From contig OX337239.1 in the NCBI GenBank assembly GCA_946965045.2, forward strand, positions 3,241,233-3,305,232: DNA of 64,000 nucleotides, written 5' to 3'. Source of the DNA: Epithemia pelagica. Its lineage: Eukaryota > Protista > Bacillariophyta. Each line of letters begins with the position of its first letter. The first letter of the stretch is position 1. The translations under genes were made by a program, and so were the position numbers. Of the stretch, positions 12,375 to 23,204 are shown piece by piece. Below the pieces are notes generated by a model, which did no database searches, was not told where the DNA came from, and saw only the letters and a list, made by a program, of their open reading frames with translations.

Positions 12375-13709
12375 ATGGAGGACTCGTTGGATGAACTGTT
12401 GGAGCTGCTCCAACAGGAGGCAGATGTTGACATTGGTGTAGCTTCTACAGTTGCATCTGACCTCCTGGAACAACATACTAGCACCCAACATGGTGGTTCG
12501 CCTAAAGGAAAGGCACCAAACAAGAGTCGTGACTTTGACGAAGCGTACAAGCGATTGGTGCGCAATTACTTTGATGGAGAAAACTCCATCTACGACGAGG
12601 CAGACTTTGAGCGTCGGTTCCGATTACCCCGCGCAGTTTTCAATCAGATATACAACCAACTTTATGGTAGTGGTTGCTTCACGCAACATTACATGCTTGA
12701 TGGACGTCCTGGGATCAACCCACTTGTGCGTCTTGTGGCTTGCTTTCGGAAGATTGCTTATGGAGATGCTGATGACAGGGAAGATGAAAATCTTTGCTTG
12801 TCTGAGTCGGTCTTACATGAATCCTTTGAGCAATTCTTATCCCTTATCAAACAACATTTTGCCAAAGACTATTTAAATCGCCAACCTTCGTCTTCGGAAA
12901 AGGAGCACGCGTTGAAGAAAAATGCTGCTCGTAACTTCCCAGGTTGCTTTGCGTCATGGGATTGCAAGCATTTCAATTGGGAAAACTGTCCTAAAGCTTG
13001 GGAAGGGCAAGTCCGTGGAAAGGAGGGTGTCACCACTCTTGTATTGGAAGCAATTTGTGATCCTGACTTGTACATTTGGTTTTTCTTTTTTGGGCAACCA
13101 GGGACTTTGAACGACATAAACATTCTGGATAAGAGTTCCATAGTTGGCGCAATGGTGAATGGCTCCTTTGATTTTTCATGTCCCGCTCCATACAAGATAG
13201 GACCAAATTGGAGAGACTACATGTACTTCTTGGTGGATGGTATCTATCCAGACTGGTCCATTTTCATTGATTCCTGTCAGGGCTCTGATGAAGAAAAGCT
13301 CAAGTATTTTTCATCATGTCAAGAAGCCGTCCGTAAAGACATTGAACGCTGTTTTGGTGTTCTGGTTAAGAGGTTCCATATTCTCAAGCGACCTCTGCGG
13401 TTCTGGACCCGATCAAAAATTGGAGATGTGTTGGATTGTTGTATTATCCTACACAACATGTGTGTCGAGCATGGACGTGGCACGGATCCGATGGATGTCG
13501 ATAGCGAAAACATGGCGTTCAATGCCGAGACAGATGAAGTCGTGTCGTTGTTTGGTGCACCAGCCGAGGAAGTTGGTGCTGTCGGAGGAAGTGGAATTCA
13601 AGCCATTCTCCAGCATGCTCATTTGCAGGAGAATATCCAGGACTCGCAACAAAAAATATCCCTAAAAGGCGACCTGATTGAACATGCATGGTCTAAACGT
13701 AACGGGTAG
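12375..13709 (+). CDS. Harbinger DDE transposase
   Basis: Motifs FERRFRLPR, SWDCKHFNWENCP, NDINILDKS, YFLVDGIYP and RKDIERCFGVL (D-D-E triad candidates). The first ATG inside the TIR-bounded element is 12375. Confidence 0.9.
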   Translation: MEDSLDELLELLQQEADVDIGVASTVASDLLEQHTSTQHGGSPKGKAPNKSRDFDEAYKRLVRNYFDGENSIYDEADFERRFRLPRAVFNQIYNQLYGSGCFTQHYMLDGRPGINPLVRLVACFRKIAYGDADDREDENLCLSESVLHESFEQFLSLIKQHFAKDYLNRQPSSSEKEHALKKNAARNFPGCFASWDCKHFNWENCPKAWEGQVRGKEGVTTLVLEAICDPDLYIWFFFFGQPGTLNDINILDKSSIVGAMVNGSFDFSCPAPYKIGPNWRDYMYFLVDGIYPDWSIFIDSCQGSDEEKLKYFSSCQEAVRKDIERCFGVLVKRFHILKRPLRFWTRSKIGDVLDCCIILHNMCVEHGRGTDPMDVDSENMAFNAETDEVVSLFGAPAEEVGAVGGSGIQAILQHAHLQENIQDSQQKISLKGDLIEHAWSKRNG

Positions 13710-13717
13710 GTTAATCA

Positions 13718-14677
13718 CTAAATACTAGTTGCAAGCTGGTTGAGTGCAACCGCCACTTCAGATTCATCGCCGTCCATAATTTCTGTAGAGTTAGTGCTTT
13801 CTTCTGGGTCATTTTCATTGTCACCTTCGTTTGTACCAGGTTCATTTTCTTTTTCACCTTCACCAGCGCTAGACAGGTTTTGTCCATATTTACGCAAGGT
13901 TTCTTCAAGAAGCTGTTGCTTGAGTTGGTAAACTTGGTCCTTGTGAGTCTCACCACACAATGAGATAACGCTCTTCAGCTGTGCCAGACGCCCAATGCTC
14001 TCTAACTGTTTATTACGGTGCTCGATAGCAAGGCGGAGTCTCTTTGCTTCTTCAAGCCGTTCTCGTGTCTCATCAGTCTTTTTGTTCTTGAGCATTTTTG
14101 ATTTTGCCATGTCTCGACCACCAGGACGACTCTTGCTGTTGGGCTTAGGAGTAGATGCCACTTGTTCCGCGTCTGCTGAGGAATCAAAAACGGAGTCCGT
14201 CACGTCGTCATCCTCTCCAGAGTTGGACGAAGAGGACTCGGCAACAGCAAATTTAGGGATATCTTTTAATTCGATCCATGCCAGATAGTTGGGCCACTGG
14301 CATGCATCAAAGCTCTTGAAAAGGTAGGAAGGAAGCGAACTTTTTTTGAGGTGAATCGCCACTGCCATGTTTATTTTCTGTTGCTTGTCCACACCACTTA
14401 GATTTGCTCCTTCGACCAACCGCAACACACTGTTGAACTTCTGGATGTCTGCGAAAACTCTATCACGCAAATGTCCAAAAATGGACGCGGTGGAGCGATA
14501 GTGGTAGCATTGTTTGTCGCAACCATGTGGGGCAAGTGCTGCAATGTTTACTTTTACCTTTTCACGGAATATATCAGCTTTCTGGTCAGCACCAGAAATA
14601 GGGTCGGCAGAGGCCCTCTTCCACGCAAGTGCAGCAATGCGCTTTTCTTCAGGTGACCACACAGACCCACGACCCAT
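13718..14677 (-). CDS. Harbinger ORF2, Myb/SANT-like (NAM-associated type) DNA-binding protein
   Basis: N-terminus WSPEEKRIAALAWKRASADPISGADQK matches the W..EE...AW...S.DP..G.DQ pattern of Harbinger ORF2 proteins; acidic C-terminus; lies within the TIRs. Confidence 0.8.
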   Translation of the reverse strand: MGRGSVWSPEEKRIAALAWKRASADPISGADQKADIFREKVKVNIAALAPHGCDKQCYHYRSTASIFGHLRDRVFADIQKFNSVLRLVEGANLSGVDKQQKINMAVAIHLKKSSLPSYLFKSFDACQWPNYLAWIELKDIPKFAVAESSSSNSGEDDDVTDSVFDSSADAEQVASTPKPNSKSRPGGRDMAKSKMLKNKKTDETRERLEEAKRLRLAIEHRNKQLESIGRLAQLKSVISLCGETHKDQVYQLKQQLLEETLRKYGQNLSSAGEGEKENEPGTNEGDNENDPEESTNSTEIMDGDESEVAVALNQLATSI

Positions 14678-15080
14678 GTTTTCTGTTTGATTGTTTTATG
14701 AAGGAGGCATAGAAAACACAACCATGAAACCCAAGAGATGGCATGCGATCGCTACCATGCCATCTCTTCGGCGGGAGAGATTCAAAAACACAACAGAATA
14801 CACAAACCCACGACCGATGTTTTCTGTTTGATTGTTTTATGAAGGAGGCATAAAAAACACCAGCATGAAACCCAAGAGATGCCATGCGATCGCTACCATG
14901 CCACCTCTTCGGCGGGAGAGATTCAAAAACACAACAGAATACACAGACCCACGACCGATGTTTTCTGTTTGATTGTTTTATGAAGGAGGCATAAAAAACA
15001 CCAGCATGAAACCCAAGAGATGCCATGCCATCGCTACCATGCCACCTCTTCGGCGGGAGAGATTCAAAAACACTACAGAA
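14659..15080. repeat. 141-bp tandem repeat (~3 copies) upstream of and overlapping the ORF2 start
   Basis: ATGTTTTCTGTTTGATTG recurs at 14676, 14817 and 14958. Copy 1 contains a perfect 13-bp stem, AAGAGATGGCATG-N10-CATGCCATCTCTT (14733-14768). Confidence 0.92.
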
Positions 15081-16885
15081 CCAAATGAAGGGGACGCTGT
15101 TGGCATCATGCGTTGATTTATTTATGCCTACGGTTACCGCGATCCGCTATTTTTCCTGCTATTGGGGGCCCCAAATAGCGGCAAAAATAGCGGATAGGGG
15201 AGCTGTTTAGCGGTTAGAGGAGGTGGTGGAGTTCAATAGCGGTATTTGGACCATTAGCGGCCCCGGGTGGAGATAGCCTTAGGACAGTAAAAGCTATCAG
15301 AAACGCTAGAGGAATGTTTCGTGGCGTGGAGAACAACAGATCGACTGATATGACGACGAATCACCATGTGAATGTGGACGAGACGAACCTATTGTGTTGA
15401 TTCACTCCGCTCCTCGCATGGTCCTGCAAATCGCAACCCATCACCACCAACGCAACAGACTCCAGCATATAATATAGAATGTCGTTCCAACAGCAATGGC
15501 CGCCTGCAATAGAACCACACCACAAGTGCCACCATCCCACCAATTGCTCTCGTCAGGGACGCTTCTGACTGTCGAATCCAAGCAGGGTGAATCAAGAAAC
15601 TCCCTTTGTTATGAAATGTATCCATTACAGGCCAACCACACACTCCCAGTGGCGCAACAATACTCATGTCTCGATCATCCATGTCCAGTGCACTGTCGTC
15701 GTTATTTGCCACCAACAAGGTGCTGACACTGTCATCGACGGACCCACCGCGAGCTTCTCTGCCCACCACTTCGTACCGGTTGAAACGCAACAAAGCTGTG
15801 GAGCCTTTCTTGCTTGGCATTGTTGTGACGGATGCTGTCAATGTCAAACAGATCATGACGACAATGCACTCCATCACCCATGGCAAAAGGCAAGTGGCAA
15901 CAGGAGCCACAACCACAACGGAACCTTCATTGCTGTTTCAGGCATTTTCCTTTCATGCTTCAAGGCCAGCAACTTGATTGTTCTTTTTGACACCTTTCTT
16001 GTTATTCCAAAAGAGTACTACTCCAAAGGTTCGTGGTGGTCGTCACAAAGACGCCACTGGCTTCACAACGCCAAAATCGCCACTTTTGTGTGTGGGACCC
16101 ACCAATACAGTGTGTTTGTTTGGGAATGGCAACAAGCCATGGTTCCTTCCGGCAATGAGAGTATCGTGCCATTATTCTTCGAGTCGAGAGGATGATGGAG
16201 GAGCCACCTGCACTATCGGTATACTAATTCCCAAGGGCGTTTGGCAAAGCTCGGGCAAAAAGGAATGGCGGCAAGCACAACAATCATTGCAGTCATAGTC
16301 ATGGGAGTTACAGTCGATCATATTTTCTCGGCAACTGGAGAGAAATCTCAAGATCAGTGTCTTCCTTTTGCGACAGAAGAGCCTCGAAAGAGTCCGCTCA
16401 AGGCGCAGACGTGGCCTGTGCGAAATGGTCGAGTCATTGTTTGTTACTCTGAATCGACCAAGCGTAACAATCATGAGGGAGGGGTATCCTCTTTTGGTTT
16501 ACAGGCCGAGGAAAAGTGTTCTGTCATGATTGAAATTCTTGTCTCGTGTAATCCACTTCGCCATCCCTCTAGAAGACGTGTAGTTGTGGTTATCAAAAGG
16601 AAAGGCTCAAAAAGTAGAATTTGCAAAGAGATCCTGCAGTCATCAGCGTTCTTCTCTGGTTTGGCTACCGGCAGCAATAAGGCTGCCACACGCCACAACC
16701 AACCAGAGAGAGAGAGTCTCGTCGCACGAAAAACCTATGGATGCAACACAAGGAGACAGAGAAATAGAGAGGAGCTATGCATACCAGTGGTTCTGTGTCT
16801 TGCCATGAGGTTTATTTCGGTATCCAAAAACTTTTCCACGATACTCCCAAGAGGGATGCGTGGTCTTCTTCATTGTGTGGCTACG

Positions 16886-16905
16886 GTCACGATTTGTCTC
16901 GTGAC
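16886..16905. promoter_or_regulatory. Class B upstream palindrome GTCACGA-N6-TCGTGAC
   Basis: Found 165-176 bp before the ATG of copies 2, 4, 8 and 9 (4752 imperfect, 16886, 47541, 51612). Confidence 0.4.
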
Positions 16906-17058
16906 GAAAGCGACCCATCTTTGGTCTATCCATTTCGTGAAATCAGTCGTGCTTCCAGTCCGCACCCATCCGAATCACAGGAGCAAAGCAAAACCACTAA
17001 CCGCTTACAATACAGTGCCTCGGCCCTTACAAATTCTGCAGTCGAAACGTTTGCAACA

Positions 17059-18258
17059 ATGACCACAACACTGAAAGAACAAGCATGGCAGTCGAGCCTT
17101 GTCTTATCGGACGACAAAGCAGAATGGAATGAGAACGATTGGCCTTCTCTCGAGGGTGGATGGCGTGACGAACATGCTACGGTCGTACTTGATCACCCCG
17201 ATGAAGACGACAATAACAAGAACAACGGACAAACTGTAGTCGTGCTGGGCGGATATCAACAAGACCAAGGTACCATAGATTCCGTTCTGTTATTAAATCT
17301 GGCAGATCCAGTCAAGCAGTGGCGAGAAGGGCCATCCATGAACAAGGCACGTTATGGACATGCTGCTCTTGCGTGCAATGGAGGGGTCTACGTGATGGGA
17401 GGATACAATGGAGCATACTTGGCTTGTATGGAACGAATTGATGCCAATGATTTACTGCAATCATGGTTAACATCAAGCACAACACATGCGAGTAATTGGA
17501 CGAGATTAAGCTGTCGATTATCAACGGGACGAAAGGGATGTTGTGCTTTTGCGGTTCAAAACCGGTACATCGTTGTAATGGGTGGATGCAACGGTCATTA
17601 TTTGTCGTCGGTGGATATTATTGATACAAGGAACCACACTGTTACTGAGGGACCAAGCATGACTATTCCTCGATCATTTTGTGCCTGTGCGGTCATTGGC
17701 CACCGCATCTTTGTCGTTGGAGGCCGAAACGGTGACAACGAACTTGATTCGGTGGAGTATTTGGGCTTTGCAGAGGAAAGAAAAGACGACTCTTTGTCTA
17801 CAATCATTTCCTTCTCGTCCGCTTGGACCACTCACTCTGAATTGGTGCTTTCCAACCCTCGAGCTTATTGTGCAATGGTTGCCGTGGGATCTTGTCTGGT
17901 GGTGGTGGGAGGATGGGTCGATTCAACCGTGGAAGTCTTGGATACGAACCGTAACCGCGTGTGGAATCTCCCACCATTCGTGGTTTACCGCAGTAGTTGC
18001 AGTATGGTGACTGTTGCCAATCAAATTGCCGTGTTTGGTGGATCTCAGAACCCTACCTGTGCCACAGTTTTACTACTGGACAAGCATACTTGGTGTTTTC
18101 GTCGACTTTGTGAGCAGCAATCGAACGGGTGGTATCATTCTCTTGAAGGTATAGGTATCCGAGATGCTGATATCTCACCCTTCTTGACATTGGCATCAGC
18201 ACGTAAACGCGCAAGGTCCAATACTCAAAGTGGTGGTGAAGGGGCGGATGAAGCCTAG
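17059..18258 (+). CDS. Kelch-repeat protein, array copy 4 (possible in-frame N-terminal extension from ~16777)
   Basis: ORF 16777..18258, family ATG 17059. Six repeats; tail RKRARSN. Confidence 0.92.
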   Translation: MTTTLKEQAWQSSLVLSDDKAEWNENDWPSLEGGWRDEHATVVLDHPDEDDNNKNNGQTVVVLGGYQQDQGTIDSVLLLNLADPVKQWREGPSMNKARYGHAALACNGGVYVMGGYNGAYLACMERIDANDLLQSWLTSSTTHASNWTRLSCRLSTGRKGCCAFAVQNRYIVVMGGCNGHYLSSVDIIDTRNHTVTEGPSMTIPRSFCACAVIGHRIFVVGGRNGDNELDSVEYLGFAEERKDDSLSTIISFSSAWTTHSELVLSNPRAYCAMVAVGSCLVVVGGWVDSTVEVLDTNRNRVWNLPPFVVYRSSCSMVTVANQIAVFGGSQNPTCATVLLLDKHTWCFRRLCEQQSNGWYHSLEGIGIRDADISPFLTLASARKRARSNTQSGGEGADEA

Positions 18259-20450
18259 CCGTTTATTTCTCGAGTGGTTGACTTTTTTTCTACATTCGAT
18301 TGCAATACTAGAACCTAGTAGGTAGTTACTCAAAAGTAGAAAGAACATGTTTCAAGATAGAAGGTGCTTGCTTGATGTCAAAGATGTGGAAAGAACGACC
18401 AATTTTTTTGTCTTTACAAGTGGTAGTGCCACCACCGTGCTTGTGCGGTCGTGAGACTAGAATCTGGGGCTTTGTGGTGGCATCATGGCACTTTGTAGGA
18501 CACAGAGTCACCGTCCATGGATCGGTAGGTATATGGCAGGGACACCGAAATCCGACAGTAGTGAATTCCAGAAAGGGAGAGTTTCGCATCGATGTCGTAG
18601 CCAAGGTCAATACGGTTTGTCGCCATTTTGTTTCCACTACGATTGAGCAGTGAAGAGTACTTTTAGTGTTCGTGACCGGGCGAATTCAGGCATGTATTTT
18701 TGACATTGTGGTTGCCGTGTCTGTCAAGGGTGTTCCATCCTGTCTTTCTTGGCTTGGGATGCTCTAGCTACGACACAATTTTGCTGTGGACCACGACCAT
18801 TGGTGGATCATTTGTTACCATCCAAACAATACTTGAAGAACACCGAGGGAGAGTCTCCGCAGTAATTGGTTGTGATATTGGTGGACTTCTTGTCTGGTTT
18901 GAGTAAAGAAGCATGTGAAGTCCTGGCGGTTCTTGCCGCATCGGCTTGTTCCTCTTGTGGTTGGTTCCTCCTCGTTGGAGCGACAAATCACTCGACGCGG
19001 GAAAGGTAGTGGTGGTGCTACTGTGTCAGTCGTTTCAGTCTGGGGTGCTGGTGAACTGTGTGTTCCAAAATAACCAACTTGTCGTGGTTGTCGTTCTTTG
19101 GTCCACACCAATTGCCGATGATCGATCGAAACCAATCATTCAGTACTATAGGATATTGCGAGAAGGAGGACAAAACGGGATGCCTGTTGTGCATCCGACG
19201 ATTGTTATTGTTGTTGTTGTTTCGGTCCTGTTGGTGGATCGGGAATCATGATTTTTCTTTTCTTGTCATGCTCCTTGATGAAAGGACAGGATGGTTGTTC
19301 TTGCTGTTGTTGTTTGGGTGTAATTGGTTGTTCTTGTTGTTTGTTCTCGTCATCATATCGTAGTACAATCAACTGGCTGCATTGTCTTTGCTCTTTTCCT
19401 CCACGAACCACATCTGCTCGTGCTCCATGTTTTGGCTTGGTTCATGGTCGTGGTCGATGAATCCGACAAAAGGACGAAAAGGAGGAGTAACAGCACGACT
19501 GGCGAAACCTTGCGGACCCTGTAGTCCGCTTCTCTGATAGTTCTTTTTGGAAATCGAGCATGGTTGGTTGCTGCTTCTCTACATTCCTCGTCGTCATGTG
19601 AAGAACGAATCATTGTTGATCGAGCAAAGACGGAATGGAACTGTCGTTGAGAAGCAAGGGGAAGGAACCAGTCTCTCGACTGGACCGAGGAAGAGTCTCC
19701 GCAGTAATCGGTTGTGATATTGGTGGACTTCTTGTCTGGTTTGAGTAAAGAAGCATGTGAAGTCCTGGCGGTTCTTGTCGCATCGGCTTGTTCCTCTTGT
19801 GGTTGGTTCCTCATTGTTGGAGCGACAAATCACTCGACGCGGTAAAGGTAGTCTGATTTCAGTCTGGGGTGCTGGTGAACTGTGTGTTCCAAAATAACCA
19901 ACTTGTCGTGGTTGTCGTTCTTTGGTCCACACCAATTGCCGATGATCGATCGAAACCAATCATTCACTACTATTGGATATTGCGAGAAGGAGAACAAAAC
20001 GGGATGCCTGTTGTGCATCCGACGATTGTTATTATTGTTGTTGTTTCGGTCCTGTTGGTGGATCGGGAATCATGATTTTTCTTTTCTTGTAGTGCTCCTT
20101 GATGAAAGAGCAGGATGGTGTAATTGGTTGTTGTTGTTGTTGTATGTTGTCGTCATCATATCGTAGTACAATCAAGTGACTGCATTGCCTTTGCTCATTT
20201 CCTCCACGAACCATGAGTTTCGACATCTGGTAGTGCTCCATGTTTTGGCTTGGTTCATGGTCGTGGTCAACGGAGGAGTAAAAGCACGAATGGCGAAACC
20301 TTGCGGACCCTGTAGTCCGCTTCTCTGCTGGTTCTTTTTTGGAAATCGAGCATGCTTGGTTGCTGCTTCTCTACATTCCTCGTCGTCATGTGAAGTACGA
20401 ATCATTGTTGATCGAGCAAAGACGGAATGGAACTGTCGTTGAGAAGCGAG
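18258..20450. repeat. Spacer module duplicated at ~56290-57600, with an internal ~0.8-kb tandem duplication (~18850-19660 / ~19690-20450)
   Basis: Paralogous junk ORFs with the same translations (18815..19135 vs 19594..19959; 19058..19363 vs 19882..20166 vs 57108..57317). Confidence 0.8.
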
Positions 20451-21245
20451 GGGAAGCAACCAGTCTCTCGACTGGCACTACCAGGTCGACAGTTGTTCAA
20501 TGGAACTTGTCGTCTGTACCCTATTCTCGCCTTTGTGGAGGATCGGGAAGTAACACTGCTTGGACCGTCAATCTTGCTCCTCCGTTCGTCCGAGCTACTA
20601 TCTTCATTTTTGTCAGTGTCCTTCTCTTCGTCCTGTTTGCCGTGTTCTGACTGGCTAGCATGTATGATGGTACTGCATCGTTTGTTTTGGAGGATCTGAT
20701 GTCTAGGTAGTCATTCCAGATCTGAGTTCTGCAATGGGAACCGCCAATTTGCTCATTCCTGAGAATTTGCGATTCTTGTGGCCGTCTTGTCCTATGAGTT
20801 CAGTCACTCTATCTTGTCAATGAACGGTCTTCTCTTCAGGCTCGATACAAACATATACTCTTGTTTGTGCTGTAACTGCCTTGTCTCCTCGAATGCAGGC
20901 GTCTGCTGCTGTTGCAACAAGGAAAGCGAGTCAAAATGGGATACATGACATGTTCCTTCTGGTCCATCTTGTCGTCAGATTCTCGTTTTGGCGTAGTTGT
21001 GCATGTGGCCTTGGCTCCGTCACAAAGCAATGCCCATTCGAATCATTGGATCAAGAAGTCAAGAAGACCACTCTCTGTTGTTGTTGTTGTTGTTGTCATT
21101 GTGAACAGTCCGCAGGACCACGGGAATAATGGCGCTCCATAAAAGGCTTTGGACGAGAGATGACTTGGAAACTAGGGATATCGACCCAGTGGATGTTGGA
21201 TTGGCTATCTGTGGACCTCGCTCTTCATCATACGAGAACCCTCTC

Positions 21246-21488
21246 TGTTGAAACTCAAACAAGCCGTGCCGTAAAAGCAACTCTTTATAGGCTTATCGAA
21301 CTACGTAATCTCCTTAGAATGAACACTTGCTTGTTCATCTTGCCTAATGTTGCTTTTGCCACGTCGACGGACTAAAGTCCATGCTTCGGCATCTTCATCA
21401 TTCAAGTTTGGATCCTTTGCTTCCGAATCACTCTCTTTAGTCGCGGCTTGTTCGCTGCTACTCGTCGCCCGGTCACATATCCTCAACA
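21246..21488 (-). repeat. 3' LTR of the Copia element
   Basis: TG..CA termini; direct repeat of 27079-27306; preceded on the minus strand by purine-rich AAAGGAGTG (candidate PPT). Confidence 0.95.
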
Positions 21489-23050
21489 CACTCCTTTGGG
21501 CCGAGGAGTGATACTTACTACTCGGGACCACATTCATGATGATATCCCGCAGGCGATAAAAAGCTTGACCCTGCAACGGTTTTGTAAAGAAATCAGCGAT
21601 CATCTCATCAGTCGGACAGAAACGCACACTCACGTCCTTTCGGCGAATACAATCTGTGATATAGAAATATCGTAGATTGATGTGTTTGGTTCTCTTTGAG
21701 CTCGATAACCGACCGTTTCTTTCCAGTAGGATACTGCTCTGATTGTCCTGGTGCAGGACAACGTTCTTTACTTCATGTCCTTGGGCTCTCAGAAAGTTCT
21801 GGCTCCATAACATTGACGGTAACACGTCGTGCACGCCTATCAACTCACATTCGGTTGAACTTCGCGCCACAAGTTTTTGTTTTGATGAGGCCGTCATGAC
21901 GGCACCCTTGCCCATAGTCATTACTCCGCCGGTCTGTCCTTTCATGTCTGAGTGAGTAGCGAAGGAGGCATCCACCCACCAACAGAGTGTTCCAGATCCA
22001 TCACCCTCTAGTCGTAGGATCAGATCCTTGGTTGATTGTAGGTACTTGAGAACCCGACCGAGCTTTCTCTGATCATCAACGTCTGGATTCATGACACGAG
22101 TGCTAAAAAAGGCCACAGCAGTGCGTATATCTGGCCGTCCTCTTTGCGCCATGTACGCTAACTGCATTGTTACACTATGGAATCGATCTGCCTCCTCCTC
22201 ATTGAGTTTTTGAGCGTTCGGGTCCGTATGATATAGATGCTTAGCAGCGGGTGACCGTGCTTTACCGATCCATTCTTTTGGTAGCGAGATCAAAATGGTG
22301 TCCAGGTAGGATCTCATGTCCACCTGCACAACCCCATCCTCTCCATAGTCTAAGAACATGCCCAAATAGTCGTGCCTTGTTCCTTCCGACACGGAGATTT
22401 CTCCCAACTGTCCAAACTCTGCTTTGAGTTCGCCCTTCTCATATGTTAGATAAGGGGCATATGCTTCATAATCGACTTCTAGGAGTAGCTCAGCCATTAG
22501 TCCAGTAAGCCGCATATACACGCCAGGATCCATGTCCGAGTGCATAAACGCACCTGGGATGTCTGCCACAGCAACCACACGTCGTTCCAGGGCATCAATG
22601 ACGGCAGTGATGAATACAGAATCGGTGGCCACGGTAGGAGAAGCTGAATCTTCCTTGTCTATGTACGCACGTTGTTTGCGCCCGTCGGCACAGCCTCGTC
22701 CTTTTATCTTGCCACACCGTTTTCGTTTCAAAAACATTAGGTAACCTAGTGCTTGTTGCACCTCATTCCAGCTGAGGTCAGTTTTGTGTACTGCCCTCAA
22801 TACTCCTCTATCATGCAATTGTTGGATTTCCACCTTCACGGCGGCCACTCCCTTGTTTCCAAACAGTTTGATGCCCTTCTTCATAGGCATCTGCGGTGTG
22901 GCTTGATTCACCTCACTCGCTACAAGAAACAACACTCCATCTCGAAGGATTCCATCATAGCGCCCTCCTTTTAGAGTATCGATGCAGGCAAACGAGTGCC
23001 CGTATCGGTGCGCGTAGCTCCTTTCACGGTTTGGCCGTAGATTGTATCTG

Positions 23051-23120
<70 letters not shown>

Positions 23121-23190
23121 GACGTACCGGATCAGCCTCGCTGTTATCGTCGGTACCTTCATTAGCGTCAATGTCTTGTCCCTCTTCCAT
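21301..23190 (-). pseudogene. Copia RT-RNase H with internal deletion of the RT catalytic core
   Basis: Present: KIKGRGCADGRKQR, ADIPGAFMH, DYLGM, RPDIRTAV, WVDASF, SSTECEL, QDNQS, TKHINLRY, MIADFFTKPLQG. The segment KALYG...(H/Y)VDD expected between YEKGE and LKAEFG (~22430) is absent. The ORF ends inside the 3' LTR. Confidence 0.85.
23051..23121 (-). repeat. (CAA)n microsatellite encoding poly-Gln in the IN-RT linker
   Basis: Uninterrupted (TGT)n on the + strand, about 23 units, in frame with the RT ORF. Confidence 0.95.
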
Positions 23191-23204
23191 CTCCTCTCCA
23201 CCGG

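Larger units (their letters stand above)
12127..15278. mobile_element. PIF/Harbinger DNA transposon, apparently intact
   Basis: Perfect 15-bp TIRs GGCTATCTCCACCCG (12127-12141; 15264-15278), extending imperfectly to GCCGCTA. TTA TSD at 12124-12126 and 15279-15281. Joined flanks match an empty paralogous site at ~50701-50752 (caatctTTAggacagtaaaag). Two convergent ORFs; clustered CCGCTA/TAGCGG subterminal motifs. Confidence 0.95.

Noticed and set aside
14659-15080. CRISPR-like array
   Set aside because: These are 141-bp head-to-tail units with no unique spacers and no cas genes, inside a eukaryotic transposon.
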